From an uncultured Clostridium sp. (GTDB taxonomy: Bacteria; Bacillota; Clostridia; TANB77; CAG-508), in the NCBI GenBank assembly GCA_947572725.1, contig CANPDB010000003.1, forward strand, positions 2,296 through 66,295: DNA of 64,000 nucleotides, in the 5' to 3' direction. The notes beneath the pieces are model-generated. The model did no database searches, was not told the DNA's origin, and worked only from the letters and a program-made list of their open reading frames with translations. Positions 49,682-61,700 of the stretch are shown here, in pieces; the stretch's first letter is position 1, and each line of letters begins with the position of its first letter. The translations under genes were made by a program, and so were the position numbers.

Positions 49682-51799
49682 TTGGCAAAAAATACGAAGA
49701 ATATAAGTAAAAGTAATATTAATTTAAGATTTAATATTTTAACAGTATTAACATATATAGTAGGAATTATACTAATTGCCAGACTATTTAATCTTCAAAT
49801 AGTGCATGGTGCTGAGTATAGGGAAGGATCTAATACAAGACTTACAAGAGAAAGTGTTTTAGAGGCATCAAGAGGTTCAATAATAGACAAAACAGGAACA
49901 ACCTTAGTAAATTCAAAAATGGAATTTTCTTTAGAAATGTATAAAAGTAAAGTTGATACTGAAGTTTTAAACCAATCAATTTTGAATATGGTAAATATAT
50001 TAGAAAAATATGAACTTGATTATGTGGATTCTCTACCAATAAAAGTGGAACCTTTTGAATATAAAATTTCTGAAAAAGAATTAGAAAATTGGAAAAAGGC
50101 AAATAACTTAGAAAATGACTTATCAGCAGAGCAGGCTTTTTACAAGTTAAAAGATAAATACAAAATTAAGAATGATGATATACAAGAAACAAGAAAGATT
50201 ATGACCTTAAGATATGAATTATCTCAAAAGGGATATAGTAGCACTAAAGCTGTTAAAATAGCTGGAAATATATCAAGAGAAGCTGTTGCAGAATTTAGTG
50301 AAAGTTCAGAAAAATTTGCAGGTATTAACATTGTAGTGCAACCTATAAGACAATATACTTCTGGAAACTTAGCATCACACATTTTAGGATATGCGGGAAA
50401 AATAAGTAGTGAAGAGTATGAAAAAAGGAAAAGTACTTACGGCAGTAATGACCTGATAGGAAAAACTGGAATTGAATATGTATTTGAAGAATATCTAAAA
50501 GGAAAAAACGGAACAAAACAAATCGACATGGCCGTTGATGGAACAACAACAGCGGAATATGTTTCACAAGAAGCAATAGCAGGCTCAGATATTGTATTAA
50601 CAATAGATGCTAATTTACAACACATAGCAGAAAATGCACTTGCATCTAACATTCAAAAAATATCTAGTGGAGGATTTGGACGAGCATATGATGCTAAAGC
50701 TGGTGCTTGCGTAGTTATGAATGTTAACTCAGGAGAAGTATTAGCAATGGCAAGTTATCCAGATTACAATCCAGAAGATTTTGTTGGTGGAATAAGTAAT
50801 GAAGCATGGAATAAATATACAAATAATTCAGCTAAACCACTAGTAGATAAAGCAATACAAAATTCATATTCACCAGGTTCAACATTTAAGATGATAACAG
50901 CTATAGCAGGACTAGAATCAGGAGCAATAAATTTAAATACAAAAATCAATGATACAGGTGTATATAAAAAATATGGAATTTCAATGAATTGTTGGTATTA
51001 TACAGATTACCATAGAGGACACGGATACTTAGATGTATCAGGTGCAATTGAAAAGTCATGTAACTATTTCTTCTATGAAACAGGAGATAGAATGGGAATT
51101 GACAAATTAGCAGAATTTGCTAGATATTTTGGACTTGGTGGAAAAACAGGAGTAGAGCTACAAGGAGAAACAGGAGGAGTATTAGCAAGTAGAGAAACAA
51201 AAAGTCAAATGCATCCAGATGATCCAAACTGGAATCCAGGAAACACTCTAAATGCTACAATAGGACAAGGAGATAATGAATTCAGCCCAATACAAATGGC
51301 CAGATACATAAGTATGCTCGCAAATGGAGGACACAAAATCGATGTTAGTATAGTAAAAACAATAAGGAATGCAGATGGGTCAGAGGTATCTCGAGAAGAT
51401 ATTAATAAATTTGTAAATAAAAAATTAGGGCTAGAGGAAGATACCACAGAAGAACTACAAATAAATCAAAATCATTTAAAGGCTGTATTACAAGGTATGA
51501 AATCTGTTACAAGTGATACAGAAGGAACAGCATACGTTAGATTCAAGGATTTTGATATAAGTGTAGGTGGTAAAACAGGTTCAGCAGAAGCACCAAATAA
51601 TCAAGTACATGCATGGTTTGTTGGATTTGCGCCATTTGAAAATCCTGAAATAGCAATAGTTGTTATGGTAGAAAATGGAGGTCATGGAAACTATACAGCA
51701 GAAGTAGTTAGGGATATTATGGCTGAGTACTTTGGAATGAATACTCAAAATATAGAAGAAAATATGAATGCAACACCATTTATAGAAATAATGCAATAG
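49682..51799 (+). CDS. mrdA: penicillin-binding protein 2 (class B PBP, elongation-specific)
   Basis: N-terminal TM, PBP dimerisation domain and transpeptidase motifs STFK, SCN and KTG; position after mreBCD. Confidence 0.85.
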   Translation: MAKNTKNISKSNINLRFNILTVLTYIVGIILIARLFNLQIVHGAEYREGSNTRLTRESVLEASRGSIIDKTGTTLVNSKMEFSLEMYKSKVDTEVLNQSILNMVNILEKYELDYVDSLPIKVEPFEYKISEKELENWKKANNLENDLSAEQAFYKLKDKYKIKNDDIQETRKIMTLRYELSQKGYSSTKAVKIAGNISREAVAEFSESSEKFAGINIVVQPIRQYTSGNLASHILGYAGKISSEEYEKRKSTYGSNDLIGKTGIEYVFEEYLKGKNGTKQIDMAVDGTTTAEYVSQEAIAGSDIVLTIDANLQHIAENALASNIQKISSGGFGRAYDAKAGACVVMNVNSGEVLAMASYPDYNPEDFVGGISNEAWNKYTNNSAKPLVDKAIQNSYSPGSTFKMITAIAGLESGAINLNTKINDTGVYKKYGISMNCWYYTDYHRGHGYLDVSGAIEKSCNYFFYETGDRMGIDKLAEFARYFGLGGKTGVELQGETGGVLASRETKSQMHPDDPNWNPGNTLNATIGQGDNEFSPIQMARYISMLANGGHKIDVSIVKTIRNADGSEVSREDINKFVNKKLGLEEDTTEELQINQNHLKAVLQGMKSVTSDTEGTAYVRFKDFDISVGGKTGSAEAPNNQVHAWFVGFAPFENPEIAIVVMVENGGHGNYTAEVVRDIMAEYFGMNTQNIEENMNATPFIEIMQ

Positions 51800-51915
51800 G
51801 TTGCCAACGGTTCCGGGTTTTTTTGGCAACTTGTAATACATATATTTATTATTTATAGCTGAATATAAGTTTAATGTTGTAATAGTTGCCAAAAAAACCC
51901 GGAACCGTTGGCAAC
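51800..51915. repeat. paired inverted hairpin repeats (pair E), GTTGCCAA stems around a CGGTTCCGGG core
   Basis: GTTGCCAACGGTTCCGGGTTTTTTTGGCAAC (51800-51830) directly follows the mrdA stop. Its exact reverse complement GTTGCCAAAAAAACCCGGAACCGTTGGCAAC (51885-51915) lies just upstream of minC, after a 54-bp AT-rich spacer. Confidence 0.7.
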
Positions 51916-51939
51916 CTCTTAGCAAGGAAAGGATGTAAA

Positions 51940-52551
51940 ATGAAAAATTGTGTTAGTATTAACTTAAGAACAGACAAAATAGTAATCAAATTAAATGACG
52001 AAGTAGAACATAAAGATATAGTTGAATGTCTAAAAAAGAAATTACCAGAGCTTAAAAAGTTATATAAAGATGAGAAAACGCCAATTAACGTTACAGGAAG
52101 AGTACTAAAGAATAAAGAAATAAAAGAACTGGAATCACTAATTAAGGAAAAAATTGATGTTGAAATTGATTTTGATATGCCAAAGACTCTAGGGCTACAT
52201 AGCATTAAGAAAACTTTTGAAAAGGACATAGTATTGTCAGAGACGAAGTTTCACGTTGGTTCTTTACGTTCAGGAAAGAAAATAGAATCAGAGGGCAGTA
52301 TTGTTATTGTTGGAGATGTTAACTCAGGGGCAGAGGTAATAGCATCAGATAATATTGTAATACTTGGCACTTTGAGAGGGCTAGCGCATGCAGGAGCAAA
52401 AGGTAATAGGCAAGCAATTATTGCAGCAGGACTAATTGATACTGTTCAAATAAGAATTGCAGATATTGTAAAAGAAATAAATAGAGCTGAAGAGCCTATG
52501 CACAAACAATCCTGTGTTAGAATTATAGATGAAAAAATAGTAATAGAATAA
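51940..52551 (+). CDS. minC: septum site-determining protein MinC
   Basis: C-terminal beta-helix with repeated G-rich motifs (IVIVGDVNSGAEVIASDNIVILGTLRGLAHAGA). The ORF-track start at 51886 reads through hairpin E2 and was rejected in favour of 51940. Confidence 0.8.
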   Translation: MKNCVSINLRTDKIVIKLNDEVEHKDIVECLKKKLPELKKLYKDEKTPINVTGRVLKNKEIKELESLIKEKIDVEIDFDMPKTLGLHSIKKTFEKDIVLSETKFHVGSLRSGKKIESEGSIVIVGDVNSGAEVIASDNIVILGTLRGLAHAGAKGNRQAIIAAGLIDTVQIRIADIVKEINRAEEPMHKQSCVRIIDEKIVIE

Positions 52552-52632
52552 TTATATTAAAAGATATACTAATATCATATAGCAAATGAAACTAGCTTGT
52601 AATAAAAAACAACTAGTCCAAAAATAACAAAA

Positions 52633-53073
52633 TTAGCTTAATAGTAATAAAATTAATGCAATAAATAGCATTTCATCTCTAACGTCTTCTTTATACAAAA
52701 GAAAAAGCAAGCATAAAATAATAATATCATCTAAATATAATTTAATACCAAATGCTTCTATTATAGGACTATCAGAGTCAGAAAGACCATTAAAATCAAA
52801 GGCAAAAGGTAAAGAAAATAGGTTATTTATTTTAGGTGATGACATCTTTCTAGTATTAAGAAGGCTATTTCTGTTTTGTACAGAAGAGGAAGCCTCTTCT
52901 GTATTTGCATTGTTATGGCTTTGAGAATTATCATTTTGAGAATTACTATTGCTTATTTGCAAGTCCGTGTTTTGTTGCTTCTCAGAATGATTGTAATTAT
53001 GATATTGATTTTGATTATAATACCTGTAATACGGATGCTGAAAAGGAAATCCAAAGTACGGAAACCTAGCCAT
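52633..53073 (-). CDS. hypothetical Tyr/Asn/Gln-rich low-complexity protein with hydrophobic C-terminus
   Basis: MARFPYFGFPFQHPYYRYYNQNQYHNYN... N-terminus; start overlaps the stop of the upstream gene (operon). Confidence 0.4.
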   Translation of the reverse strand: MARFPYFGFPFQHPYYRYYNQNQYHNYNHSEKQQNTDLQISNSNSQNDNSQSHNNANTEEASSSVQNRNSLLNTRKMSSPKINNLFSLPFAFDFNGLSDSDSPIIEAFGIKLYLDDIIILCLLFLLYKEDVRDEMLFIALILLLLS

Positions 53074-53587
53074 TGTTATTCTCCTTTTGGTTATCTTTGA
53101 AAATATCTGCCATTTTAGTAATATTAAGCAGATTTACATATTGGTCTAATTTATCTTTTTTGCCATCTCTAAGATATGGTTTTAAAGAATATAATAAATT
53201 TGCTCTAGGATCATTTTTATCATTCATTTTTCCTAAAGCAGAAGTTAATTTCATAATTGTTGCAGGATCAATATTATTAAAATCAAAACCAGAAGAATTA
53301 GAAGAACTATTAGAATTACTAGAATTATTATTTATATTACCATTATTATGATTATTGCTATTTTGGGAATTTGCACTGGTATTAGAATTAGGATTATAGT
53401 TAGAATTATTAGAAGCATTATTATTAGAACTATTAGAATTATTATTACTTAACATTTTAGAGACATTTTCTAACATCTCTGGAGAAATCTGTGATATAGC
53501 ACCTGAAAAGTCACCACTATCAACCATATTCTTGATGTTATTCATAGTATTCTCATCTAAATTTAAATTATTGCTCAAAGTAATCAC
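53066..53587 (-). CDS. hypothetical Asn/Ser-rich low-complexity protein
   Basis: Globular N-terminal about 50 aa, long N/S-rich linker, conserved-looking C-terminal region YSLKPYLRDGKKDKLDQYVNLLNITKMADIF. Confidence 0.4.
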   Translation of the reverse strand: MITLSNNLNLDENTMNNIKNMVDSGDFSGAISQISPEMLENVSKMLSNNNSNSSNNNASNNSNYNPNSNTSANSQNSNNHNNGNINNNSSNSNSSSNSSGFDFNNIDPATIMKLTSALGKMNDKNDPRANLLYSLKPYLRDGKKDKLDQYVNLLNITKMADIFKDNQKENNNG

Positions 53588-53857
53588 CTCTTATAATATA
53601 ATATTAAAGTATGTAAGTATATATTAGTAAGATATGAAAAAAAATATAAATAGTTACAAATTTTAAAATATTACAAAATGTAACAAAAAAGTAATATATT
53701 TTTAATAATCACAAAAGAAAAATAGAAAAATAAATGTCCATACACAAAGAAGACATAATATGGAAAAATCGTAAAAAACTGACATTGAAATACATAAGAA
53801 GAATCTTATATAATATAAGAGAAGGATTAGATTTTATTGCAAATTAAGGAGGAAATT

Positions 53858-56800
53858 ATGAAAGGTAAAATTTTAAAGGCAAGTGTTATTATCTTATTAA
53901 TTATAACTATGACTATTGCAAATTTTATATTTGTAGGCAATACATTAATTAGTTATGCTTTAGATAATATAAGCACAAATAACAATAACATCGAATTTAG
54001 TGCATATTTTAGAAACGAAAATGGAGACGAAGTAACCAATATAGAAAGAGGAATAAATTCTTCTAATACAAATTTATATTTTCGTCTAAAAGTAAAGAAA
54101 CAGGGATACTTTAATGGGAAGATATTGCTAAATGAATCAAACTTTAAATTAGGAGAAGTTAAAAATACATACATAAACAAAATAGATGGAAATGTAATAA
54201 AATTAAATCAAATTAATGCAGGAGAAGATATTGAAATTGAGATACCAGTAGAATTTACTCGTACAGAAACATTTGATTTAAGTGTATTAAGTATGGAAAG
54301 TAAAATTAGATTAGAAGGAATATATAAAGATAGTAGTGAAAAAGATAAAGAAATAGAAGCTGATAAATCTGTAACTTTAAAAATAGTACCTGAAAACAGT
54401 TCTCCTGAAAATATAGAAAATTCTAGCAAAATACTTACAAATAAAACATTAACGGTTGCTGGAGAAGAAAAAAGAGTAGTTCAACTTTTATTAAATATAG
54501 GATTAAAAGATAATAATTATCCTGTTAAAGAAATTAATATAAGTACAAATGTACCAGATATGAATAAAGAACAACCACAAGTAACTACAATTTCTAACTT
54601 AAACACAATGACAAATTATCAAGATAATTATGAGAATAAACAATTAAATATCAATTTCCAAAACAATAAAACACAAGAAAACACTGTGTTATGGAAAAAT
54701 AGTGGAAGTGAATCAGTTGTATTAACTTACTTGTATAAAGCGACAGATATAGAAGATATAAAAATAAATGGAAAAATATCAGTAACTTTATATGATGAGA
54801 CAAAAATAGAAGCTGATTTACAAGAAATTATAGTTAATAAAGATGAGGAAAAAGAAGAGATAGTAACAACAAATATAGAGCAATCTGAAACAACAATGTA
54901 TAAAGGGAAACTTTATCAAGGAATTGATAGAGATTATGCAACAAAATCATCTATTAATGTAAATACAGAAAACATTATAAGTTATATGGAAATAAAAGAA
55001 AAACATGTATTTGTTAAAACTGCTGATTATGAAATAAATACTCCTTTACAAGGAACAACAGCTAATGTTATATACAAAAATACAATTATTAATAAAGAAC
55101 AATTATTTAACATATTAGGCGAAGAAGGAAATGCTGTTATAACAAACGAAAATGGAGAAACTATAACAACTATAACAAAAGATACACAAGCAGGAGAAGA
55201 TGGAAACATAGTAATAAACTATGGAGACGAAGGGCAAAAAGGAATTACAATAAAAACAACAGCACCTGTTAAAGGTGGAAGAATAGATATTACAAATTAT
55301 AAAACAATTAAGCAAAGTGATGAAAATTTAATAAGAGAAAGTATCAATTTTAATACTGCATTATTTGTTACAACAAATCTAAATGAAAACACAGAAGATA
55401 GAGAATATCCAAAACAAATAGTAAAAACAGAATTAAAAGATACAGTAACAGAAGCTACATTAGAAACAAATAGAAAAGAATTATCAACAGTTATAGAAAA
55501 TGAAGTTGAACTAAAAGCTATACTAAAATCTAAAAGTGAATCAAATGACTTATATAAAAATCCTATTTTAAATGTAGAATTTCCAGAAGATGTAGAAGAA
55601 ATTACAATAAATGATGTTTCAATTATGTATGAAGACGAATTAAAAGTAAAAAATTGTGCATTAGATGGACGAGTTCTAAAAATAGAAATTGAGGGAGAAC
55701 AAACACAATATAGCGGAAGTGCAGTTGAAGGAGCAAATATTGTAATTAATGCAAAAGTAAGATTAAATAAAAAATCTGCAACAAAAGATACAAAAATTAC
55801 AATGACATATGCTAATGAAAATGCAAAAGCATATGCAAATGAAGGGAGAGCATTTGCTGATATAAAAGTAGTAGCACCTACTGATGTAACAACAGTAACA
55901 ACAATTGAACAATTAAATGTAGAAGAAGTTAGCCAAGATACTACAAAAGAAGTTATGCTTCAAAGAGGTACAGAACAAAAAGAAATTACACCTAAAATAG
56001 AGGTAATTAATAATAAAAATGTAACTATTAAAGATGTTAAAGTACTAGGGAACTTCCCAACAGAAGAAGGAGAAGGAGCTGTTGGAATTAATCTTACAAG
56101 TCCAATTAATGTAGAAAATGGAACAGTATATTATACGGAAAATGAACATGCAACAGATGACTTATCAAACCAAGAAAATAAATGGAGTGAACAAATAGAA
56201 AATCAATCAGCAGTTAAGAAATACTTAATAGTAGCAAATGAAGTTAATTCACAAGATAGCATTATTGCAAGTTATAATGCAGTAATACCTGCAAACTTAG
56301 AATATAACGAAAATGCAAGCCAAGATTATCAAGTAACATATACAGATAGTGAAACAAACTTATATAGCACAGTAAAATCTACACAAGTAACAATGACAAC
56401 AGGTACAGGACCAAAATTAGAAGCTAAAATAACTGCAAAAGTTGGAAATGATGAAATAAAAAATGGAGACCAAGTAAAAGCAGGAGAAGTTATTAGATAC
56501 CATATAGAAGTAGCTAATACAGGAACAGAGACAGTGAATAATGTAACAATATCTGCACCAGTACCAGAAGGAACAACTTATGTACAAGCAAAAAAAGACT
56601 TTGAATTTGAAGGAGCTTCTTATTATGTAGAAGTTGACAAAGACAAATGTGAAGAAACAATTGATCAAATATCAGTGGGAGAAACGATTACAAGAGAATA
56701 TGAAGTAAGAGTAAATAAAGACATATCAGATGGAACAACTACAAGTAATAAATGTACAGCTAAATTTAATGATGTAACAACAGAGTCAAATGAAATTAGT

Positions 56801-58735
56801 AATATATTAAAATCAGGAGATATTAGAGTTAGCCTTAAGAGAATAACTACTAATGAAGTTATATTATACAAGAATCAGGTTATAAAATATTATGTTTTAG
56901 TAGAAAATTTAGCATCAAAACAACAAAAAAATGTAAAATTGAAAACAAATCATATTGATGGAATAGATGTAGAAAATATAGAATTAATTACAGGAAGTGT
57001 CGATGAAGAGCTGTCAAATAAAGATGGGCTAACTTCAACAGAGATTTCTCTTACTAATGAGATTGATCTAGGCGATTTTGCAGTAGGAGAAATGAAGTTG
57101 TTATATTATGTTATTAACCCTAAAATATCAGGAAAAATACATCTTTCTATGGTAGCAGAACAAGAAAACAATAAATATAGGTCAAATGAATGGGAAGATA
57201 CAGTTGTAGAAAAAAAAGCAGAAATTTCTATAGCCAGTGAGCAAAAAAAATATGTAAAAAGTGGAGATACAATAGAATATACAATAACTGTTACTAATAC
57301 AGGTACAGCAGAAATTGAAGGTTTAGTAATTAATGATGAAATAAGCCAATTCTTAGAAGTCAACAATATAACGCTAAATGGTGAAAAGATAGAACTTGAA
57401 GAAGAAAATAAAGTAGATATTGTAGTTGATTTGGAAGTAGGAGAAAAAGCAGTTGTTAAAATATTTACTAAAACAATAGATGAATCAGATATAGATGTCA
57501 ATTCAAATACAGTAATAATAACTAATAAAGCTATTTTAAAATATAGTGGAGAAGAAATTGCAAAGACAGAAGAGATAACACATATTATGCAATTAACAAA
57601 TCAATCAATATATGATGAAAATCCAGATGGTGTTGAAAATAATCCTAATGAAAATCCTGATGATAATAACGAAGGTAATGATATAACAAATGGAAAAAAT
57701 ATAATTAGTGGTATAGCATGGTATGATGAAAACAGAAATGGTAAAAAAGATGATAATGAAAAGACATTAAGTGGCATTACAGTTAATTTATTAAATTCTG
57801 AAACAAATAAATTAGTAAAAGATAAATCAGGAAATGTGATTACAGCAACAACAAGTGAAAATGGTACATATATAATAAATAATGTAGCTAAAGGAAAATA
57901 TATTGTTATATTTAATTATGATACAAAAGCATATACAATAACAAAATATAAAGCAGAAGGAATAGATGAATCAAGAAATTCAAATGCTATAATAAATGAA
58001 ATAACAATAGATGGAAATAGTAAAAATGTAGCGTCAACAGATATAATTCAAATTGTGGATAACAATATTTCTGATATTAATATAGGATTAATAAGATTAC
58101 AAAATTTTGATTTAAAATTAGAGAAATTTGTAAGTAGAATACTAATCCAAAATAGTGCAGGAACAACAGTAAAAGAATATAATGATGCTACTATGGCAAA
58201 AGCAGAGATACATTCTAAATTTATAAATGGTTCAACTGTAATTATAGAATATAAAATAAGAGTAACAAATGCTGGTGAAGTAGATGGATATGTTAAGAAA
58301 ATAGCAGACTATATACCAAATGATTTAAAATTTAGTTCAGAATTAAATAAAGATTGGTATCAAACTGGTTCAAACTTATATAATACAAGTTTAGCAAATG
58401 AAAAGTTACTTGCAGGGGAATCAAAAGAAATAACTCTATTATTAACAAAAACGATGACAGAAAATAATATAGGAAGAGTTAATAATACAGCAGAAATTGC
58501 AGAAGCATATAATGAGTTAGGATTACAAGATAGTAATTCTATACCAGGAAACAAAACTCAAGGAGAAAATGATATGGGTTCAGCAGATGTTATTATAAGT
58601 ATTCAAACAGGTGAAGCTATATTATATACATCAATTATTGTCATATGTGCGATTGCAATATTAAGTGGAGTTGCAATAATACTAGTTAAGAAATTAAAGA
58701 AAAATGAAATAGGTCAAAAGCCTAAGAAAATTTAG
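53858..58735 (+). CDS. giant cell-surface protein with DUF11 repeats and SdrD/CnaB-type domain, C-terminal TM anchor
   Basis: Signal peptide. Repeated DUF11-like modules (e.g. VKAGEVIRYHIEVANTGTETVNNVTISAPVPEGTTYV; IEYTITVTNTGTAEIEGLVINDEI). A CnaB/SdrD-like segment (GIAWYDENRNGKKDDNEKTLSGITVNLL...GTYIINNVAKGKYIVIFNYD). C-terminal hydrophobic helix plus KKLKK. Confidence 0.75.
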   Translation: MKGKILKASVIILLIITMTIANFIFVGNTLISYALDNISTNNNNIEFSAYFRNENGDEVTNIERGINSSNTNLYFRLKVKKQGYFNGKILLNESNFKLGEVKNTYINKIDGNVIKLNQINAGEDIEIEIPVEFTRTETFDLSVLSMESKIRLEGIYKDSSEKDKEIEADKSVTLKIVPENSSPENIENSSKILTNKTLTVAGEEKRVVQLLLNIGLKDNNYPVKEINISTNVPDMNKEQPQVTTISNLNTMTNYQDNYENKQLNINFQNNKTQENTVLWKNSGSESVVLTYLYKATDIEDIKINGKISVTLYDETKIEADLQEIIVNKDEEKEEIVTTNIEQSETTMYKGKLYQGIDRDYATKSSINVNTENIISYMEIKEKHVFVKTADYEINTPLQGTTANVIYKNTIINKEQLFNILGEEGNAVITNENGETITTITKDTQAGEDGNIVINYGDEGQKGITIKTTAPVKGGRIDITNYKTIKQSDENLIRESINFNTALFVTTNLNENTEDREYPKQIVKTELKDTVTEATLETNRKELSTVIENEVELKAILKSKSESNDLYKNPILNVEFPEDVEEITINDVSIMYEDELKVKNCALDGRVLKIEIEGEQTQYSGSAVEGANIVINAKVRLNKKSATKDTKITMTYANENAKAYANEGRAFADIKVVAPTDVTTVTTIEQLNVEEVSQDTTKEVMLQRGTEQKEITPKIEVINNKNVTIKDVKVLGNFPTEEGEGAVGINLTSPINVENGTVYYTENEHATDDLSNQENKWSEQIENQSAVKKYLIVANEVNSQDSIIASYNAVIPANLEYNENASQDYQVTYTDSETNLYSTVKSTQVTMTTGTGPKLEAKITAKVGNDEIKNGDQVKAGEVIRYHIEVANTGTETVNNVTISAPVPEGTTYVQAKKDFEFEGASYYVEVDKDKCEETIDQISVGETITREYEVRVNKDISDGTTTSNKCTAKFNDVTTESNEISNILKSGDIRVSLKRITTNEVILYKNQVIKYYVLVENLASKQQKNVKLKTNHIDGIDVENIELITGSVDEELSNKDGLTSTEISLTNEIDLGDFAVGEMKLLYYVINPKISGKIHLSMVAEQENNKYRSNEWEDTVVEKKAEISIASEQKKYVKSGDTIEYTITVTNTGTAEIEGLVINDEISQFLEVNNITLNGEKIELEEENKVDIVVDLEVGEKAVVKIFTKTIDESDIDVNSNTVIITNKAILKYSGEEIAKTEEITHIMQLTNQSIYDENPDGVENNPNENPDDNNEGNDITNGKNIISGIAWYDENRNGKKDDNEKTLSGITVNLLNSETNKLVKDKSGNVITATTSENGTYIINNVAKGKYIVIFNYDTKAYTITKYKAEGIDESRNSNAIINEITIDGNSKNVASTDIIQIVDNNISDINIGLIRLQNFDLKLEKFVSRILIQNSAGTTVKEYNDATMAKAEIHSKFINGSTVIIEYKIRVTNAGEVDGYVKKIADYIPNDLKFSSELNKDWYQTGSNLYNTSLANEKLLAGESKEITLLLTKTMTENNIGRVNNTAEIAEAYNELGLQDSNSIPGNKTQGENDMGSADVIISIQTGEAILYTSIIVICAIAILSGVAIILVKKLKKNEIGQKPKKI

Positions 58736-58756
58736 AGAGAAAGGAGGGAAAAATAT

Positions 58757-61700
58757 ATGAAAAAAGAAAATACAACAAAAATAAAAGATATAGTACTAAT
58801 TATAATAATGTTTATCCTAATTATATTAGGAATAAGTACTACCTCAAATGCTAAGCATTATGGTACGACAATACCAGATGATATCCATAATATAAAAATG
58901 AGAGATACATTTAGTTTATCTTATACTGAATATGAGTCTAATAAAAATAAATTATTCTGTATAGAGCATGAACAGAAATTAAAAGGAGATAAGTATAACG
59001 ACTACAAAGTAGTAAGAAAGCTTTATATTGATGGAAAAACTGTTTCAAATGATAAAGGACAGACTAACACAAGTAATAGAAATGCAAAGTTAGCATATGT
59101 TTTACATCATACTAGTGGAGAGCAGAGGCGTAAAGCCATATGGTATTATTTCCCTGATTGGGTAGACAAAATTGGTTCAGATTTAGGTGTATCTTCGCAG
59201 TGGGTAACCGATAACAATGAAGGAAGAAAGGATTTACCATCAGATAGTAGTATTCAGAAATATATAGACAATATAAACAACCTAGAGGGAAAAAAGGGAG
59301 CTTTTGTGAAACAAAAAAATACAGATGAAAAGCCCACAGCAAAATTGCCTACTAGTTCAAAATATAGAGACGAATTTGTTAAAGTTGGTCCATTTAAACT
59401 TGATTTTTATCCAAAGCTTGCATCTATGAAAATAAAAGGGATAAAACCTAATGGAGATAGTGTATCAATAGATGATAGTGATATAAAATTTGTAATTGAT
59501 GGTAGGGTATGTGAAGATATTGACAAATTGAAAAGCAATGAGGAATTTTCAATATTGATACCAATAGAAAAAAGAATAACTATAATAACAAATATGGAAG
59601 TAACAACAAAGATGATAGACAGTAATGTTAAAGTTATTTGTGCAGATATTATAATTTTAAGAACAGGCAGTGGTTCAGAAGCCTTTCAGAATCTGGCTAT
59701 TGTAGAAACTTCAGAAGAAGGTATTAATTCAACACCTGCTTCACTAAATATGGATTTAGATATATCTACTTTAGTAGATATTAGAATAACAAAAGTAAAC
59801 TCTCAAAATACTAATGAAAGACTTCCAGATGTTGGATTTAAACTATATCACAAACAATTACAAAGATGGGTAAGACAAGTAGATGGTAAAACTACATATG
59901 TAGAAAATGAATCAAGTGCTACAGAATTTAAAACAAACAGAGGAAGTATTATTAGTAGAGGTCAAAAAGTAATTACAGATTTATTGTTAGGAGACTATAG
60001 ATTTGTAGAAACAGAACAACCAGACCATAGATTTGAAATGGCGAATAAAGACTTTACACTAAGTTCAAATAAAACAACTGTACTTGAAGGGTTACTTGTA
60101 CCAATAGAAATTCCAAACGATCCAACAGGTGGTATGCTAATAGAAAAGGTAGATGAAAGCAATGAAAGTATTAAAATTCCAGGTGTTAAATTTAAATTAA
60201 GAAACATAAGTTTAACAGGAAGTTATCAATGGGTAACTCAAGATTCATCTGGAAATATATCATATACTGATGAGGAAAAGGCTAAAATATTTGAAACAAA
60301 TTCAAGTGGTCAAGCAAGCGTTCAAAAATTGGCAGTTGGTGAATATGAGTTCAAAGAAATAGAAGTGCCAGAAGGATATGAGTGTGCAAGCAAATACTTT
60401 ACAGTAACAGAAGGAGACGTAAATTCACAGTCAACTATAAAATATACAATTAAAAACAAACCAATAGGTGATGGTGGCATATTAATAGAAAAAGTTGATG
60501 AAGAAAATACAAATATAAAAATTCCAGGAGTTAAATTTAAATTAAAAAATACAAGTTTACCAGGAGAACAATGGGTATATAAATTAAATTCAGGAGAAAT
60601 CACATATGTGGCCGAAGTAGCTGCTACAGAATTTTGTACAGATCAATATGGTAGAGCTAAAATAAGTAAATTAGAACCAGGAAATTATGAATTCTGTGAA
60701 ACAGAAGTACCTGAAGATTACGAATGTACTACTAAGTATTTTACAGTAACGCAAGACGAATCAGATAAAATGGAAATGGAAACAATACCATATACAATTA
60801 CAAACAAGAAGAAAGAAAAAGATCCTGTAACTATAATTATAGAAAAAGTAGATTCAAATAATCAAAGGATTAAACTTTCAGGTGTTGGATTTAAATTAAG
60901 ATTTATACAAGATAACAAGTGGATATATCAAGATTCATCTGGAGCAACTACATATGTAGATAGTGAATCAAGTGCTACAACATTCTATATAGAAAGTAAT
61001 GGTCAAAAGACAATTAATAATTTATATGAAGGCGATTATGAGTTTAAAGAAGTTGTACAACCATATTATGGATATGAATGTATAAGTAAAAACTTTATAG
61101 TAAAATCAAGTGAAGAAGCAACTATACAATATTTTACAGTTACAAATAAGCAGGAAAGAATAAAACTTTCTGGTAGAGTATGGTTAGATAAACATTCAGG
61201 AAAACAAAACATAAGAAATGATTTATATATGACAAATTACCATTATAATCAACCAGAATATGTAGATGATTCAGATCAGGCAATTGCAGGCTTAACAGTT
61301 AAATTAATGAAAAATGGAGTGACCGAAAGAACAGCTGTAACAGCATCAGATGGAACATATATGTTTGAAGATGTTTTAGTAGATGATTTAAATAATTATT
61401 ATGTAGAATTTGAATATAATGGATTAATTTATACAAATGTAGAGCCACATCTTGATAATAATAATGGGTCAAAAGCAATAGAAGGTGCAGATGCAAGAGA
61501 TGAATTTAACAAAGGATTTAATTACATTGAAAATGGAGGTTCACAAACTAAAGGAGTTACTAAAGGACCAGAACCAGATAGAAATGTTGTTCACGAATTA
61601 GAATATGAGATTGACAGTAATGCTCATACAGCAACTCTTGGAGGAAATAGTAAAGACATAAACAATTCACAATTCCGTATAACTGCAAATACCCAAAAGG

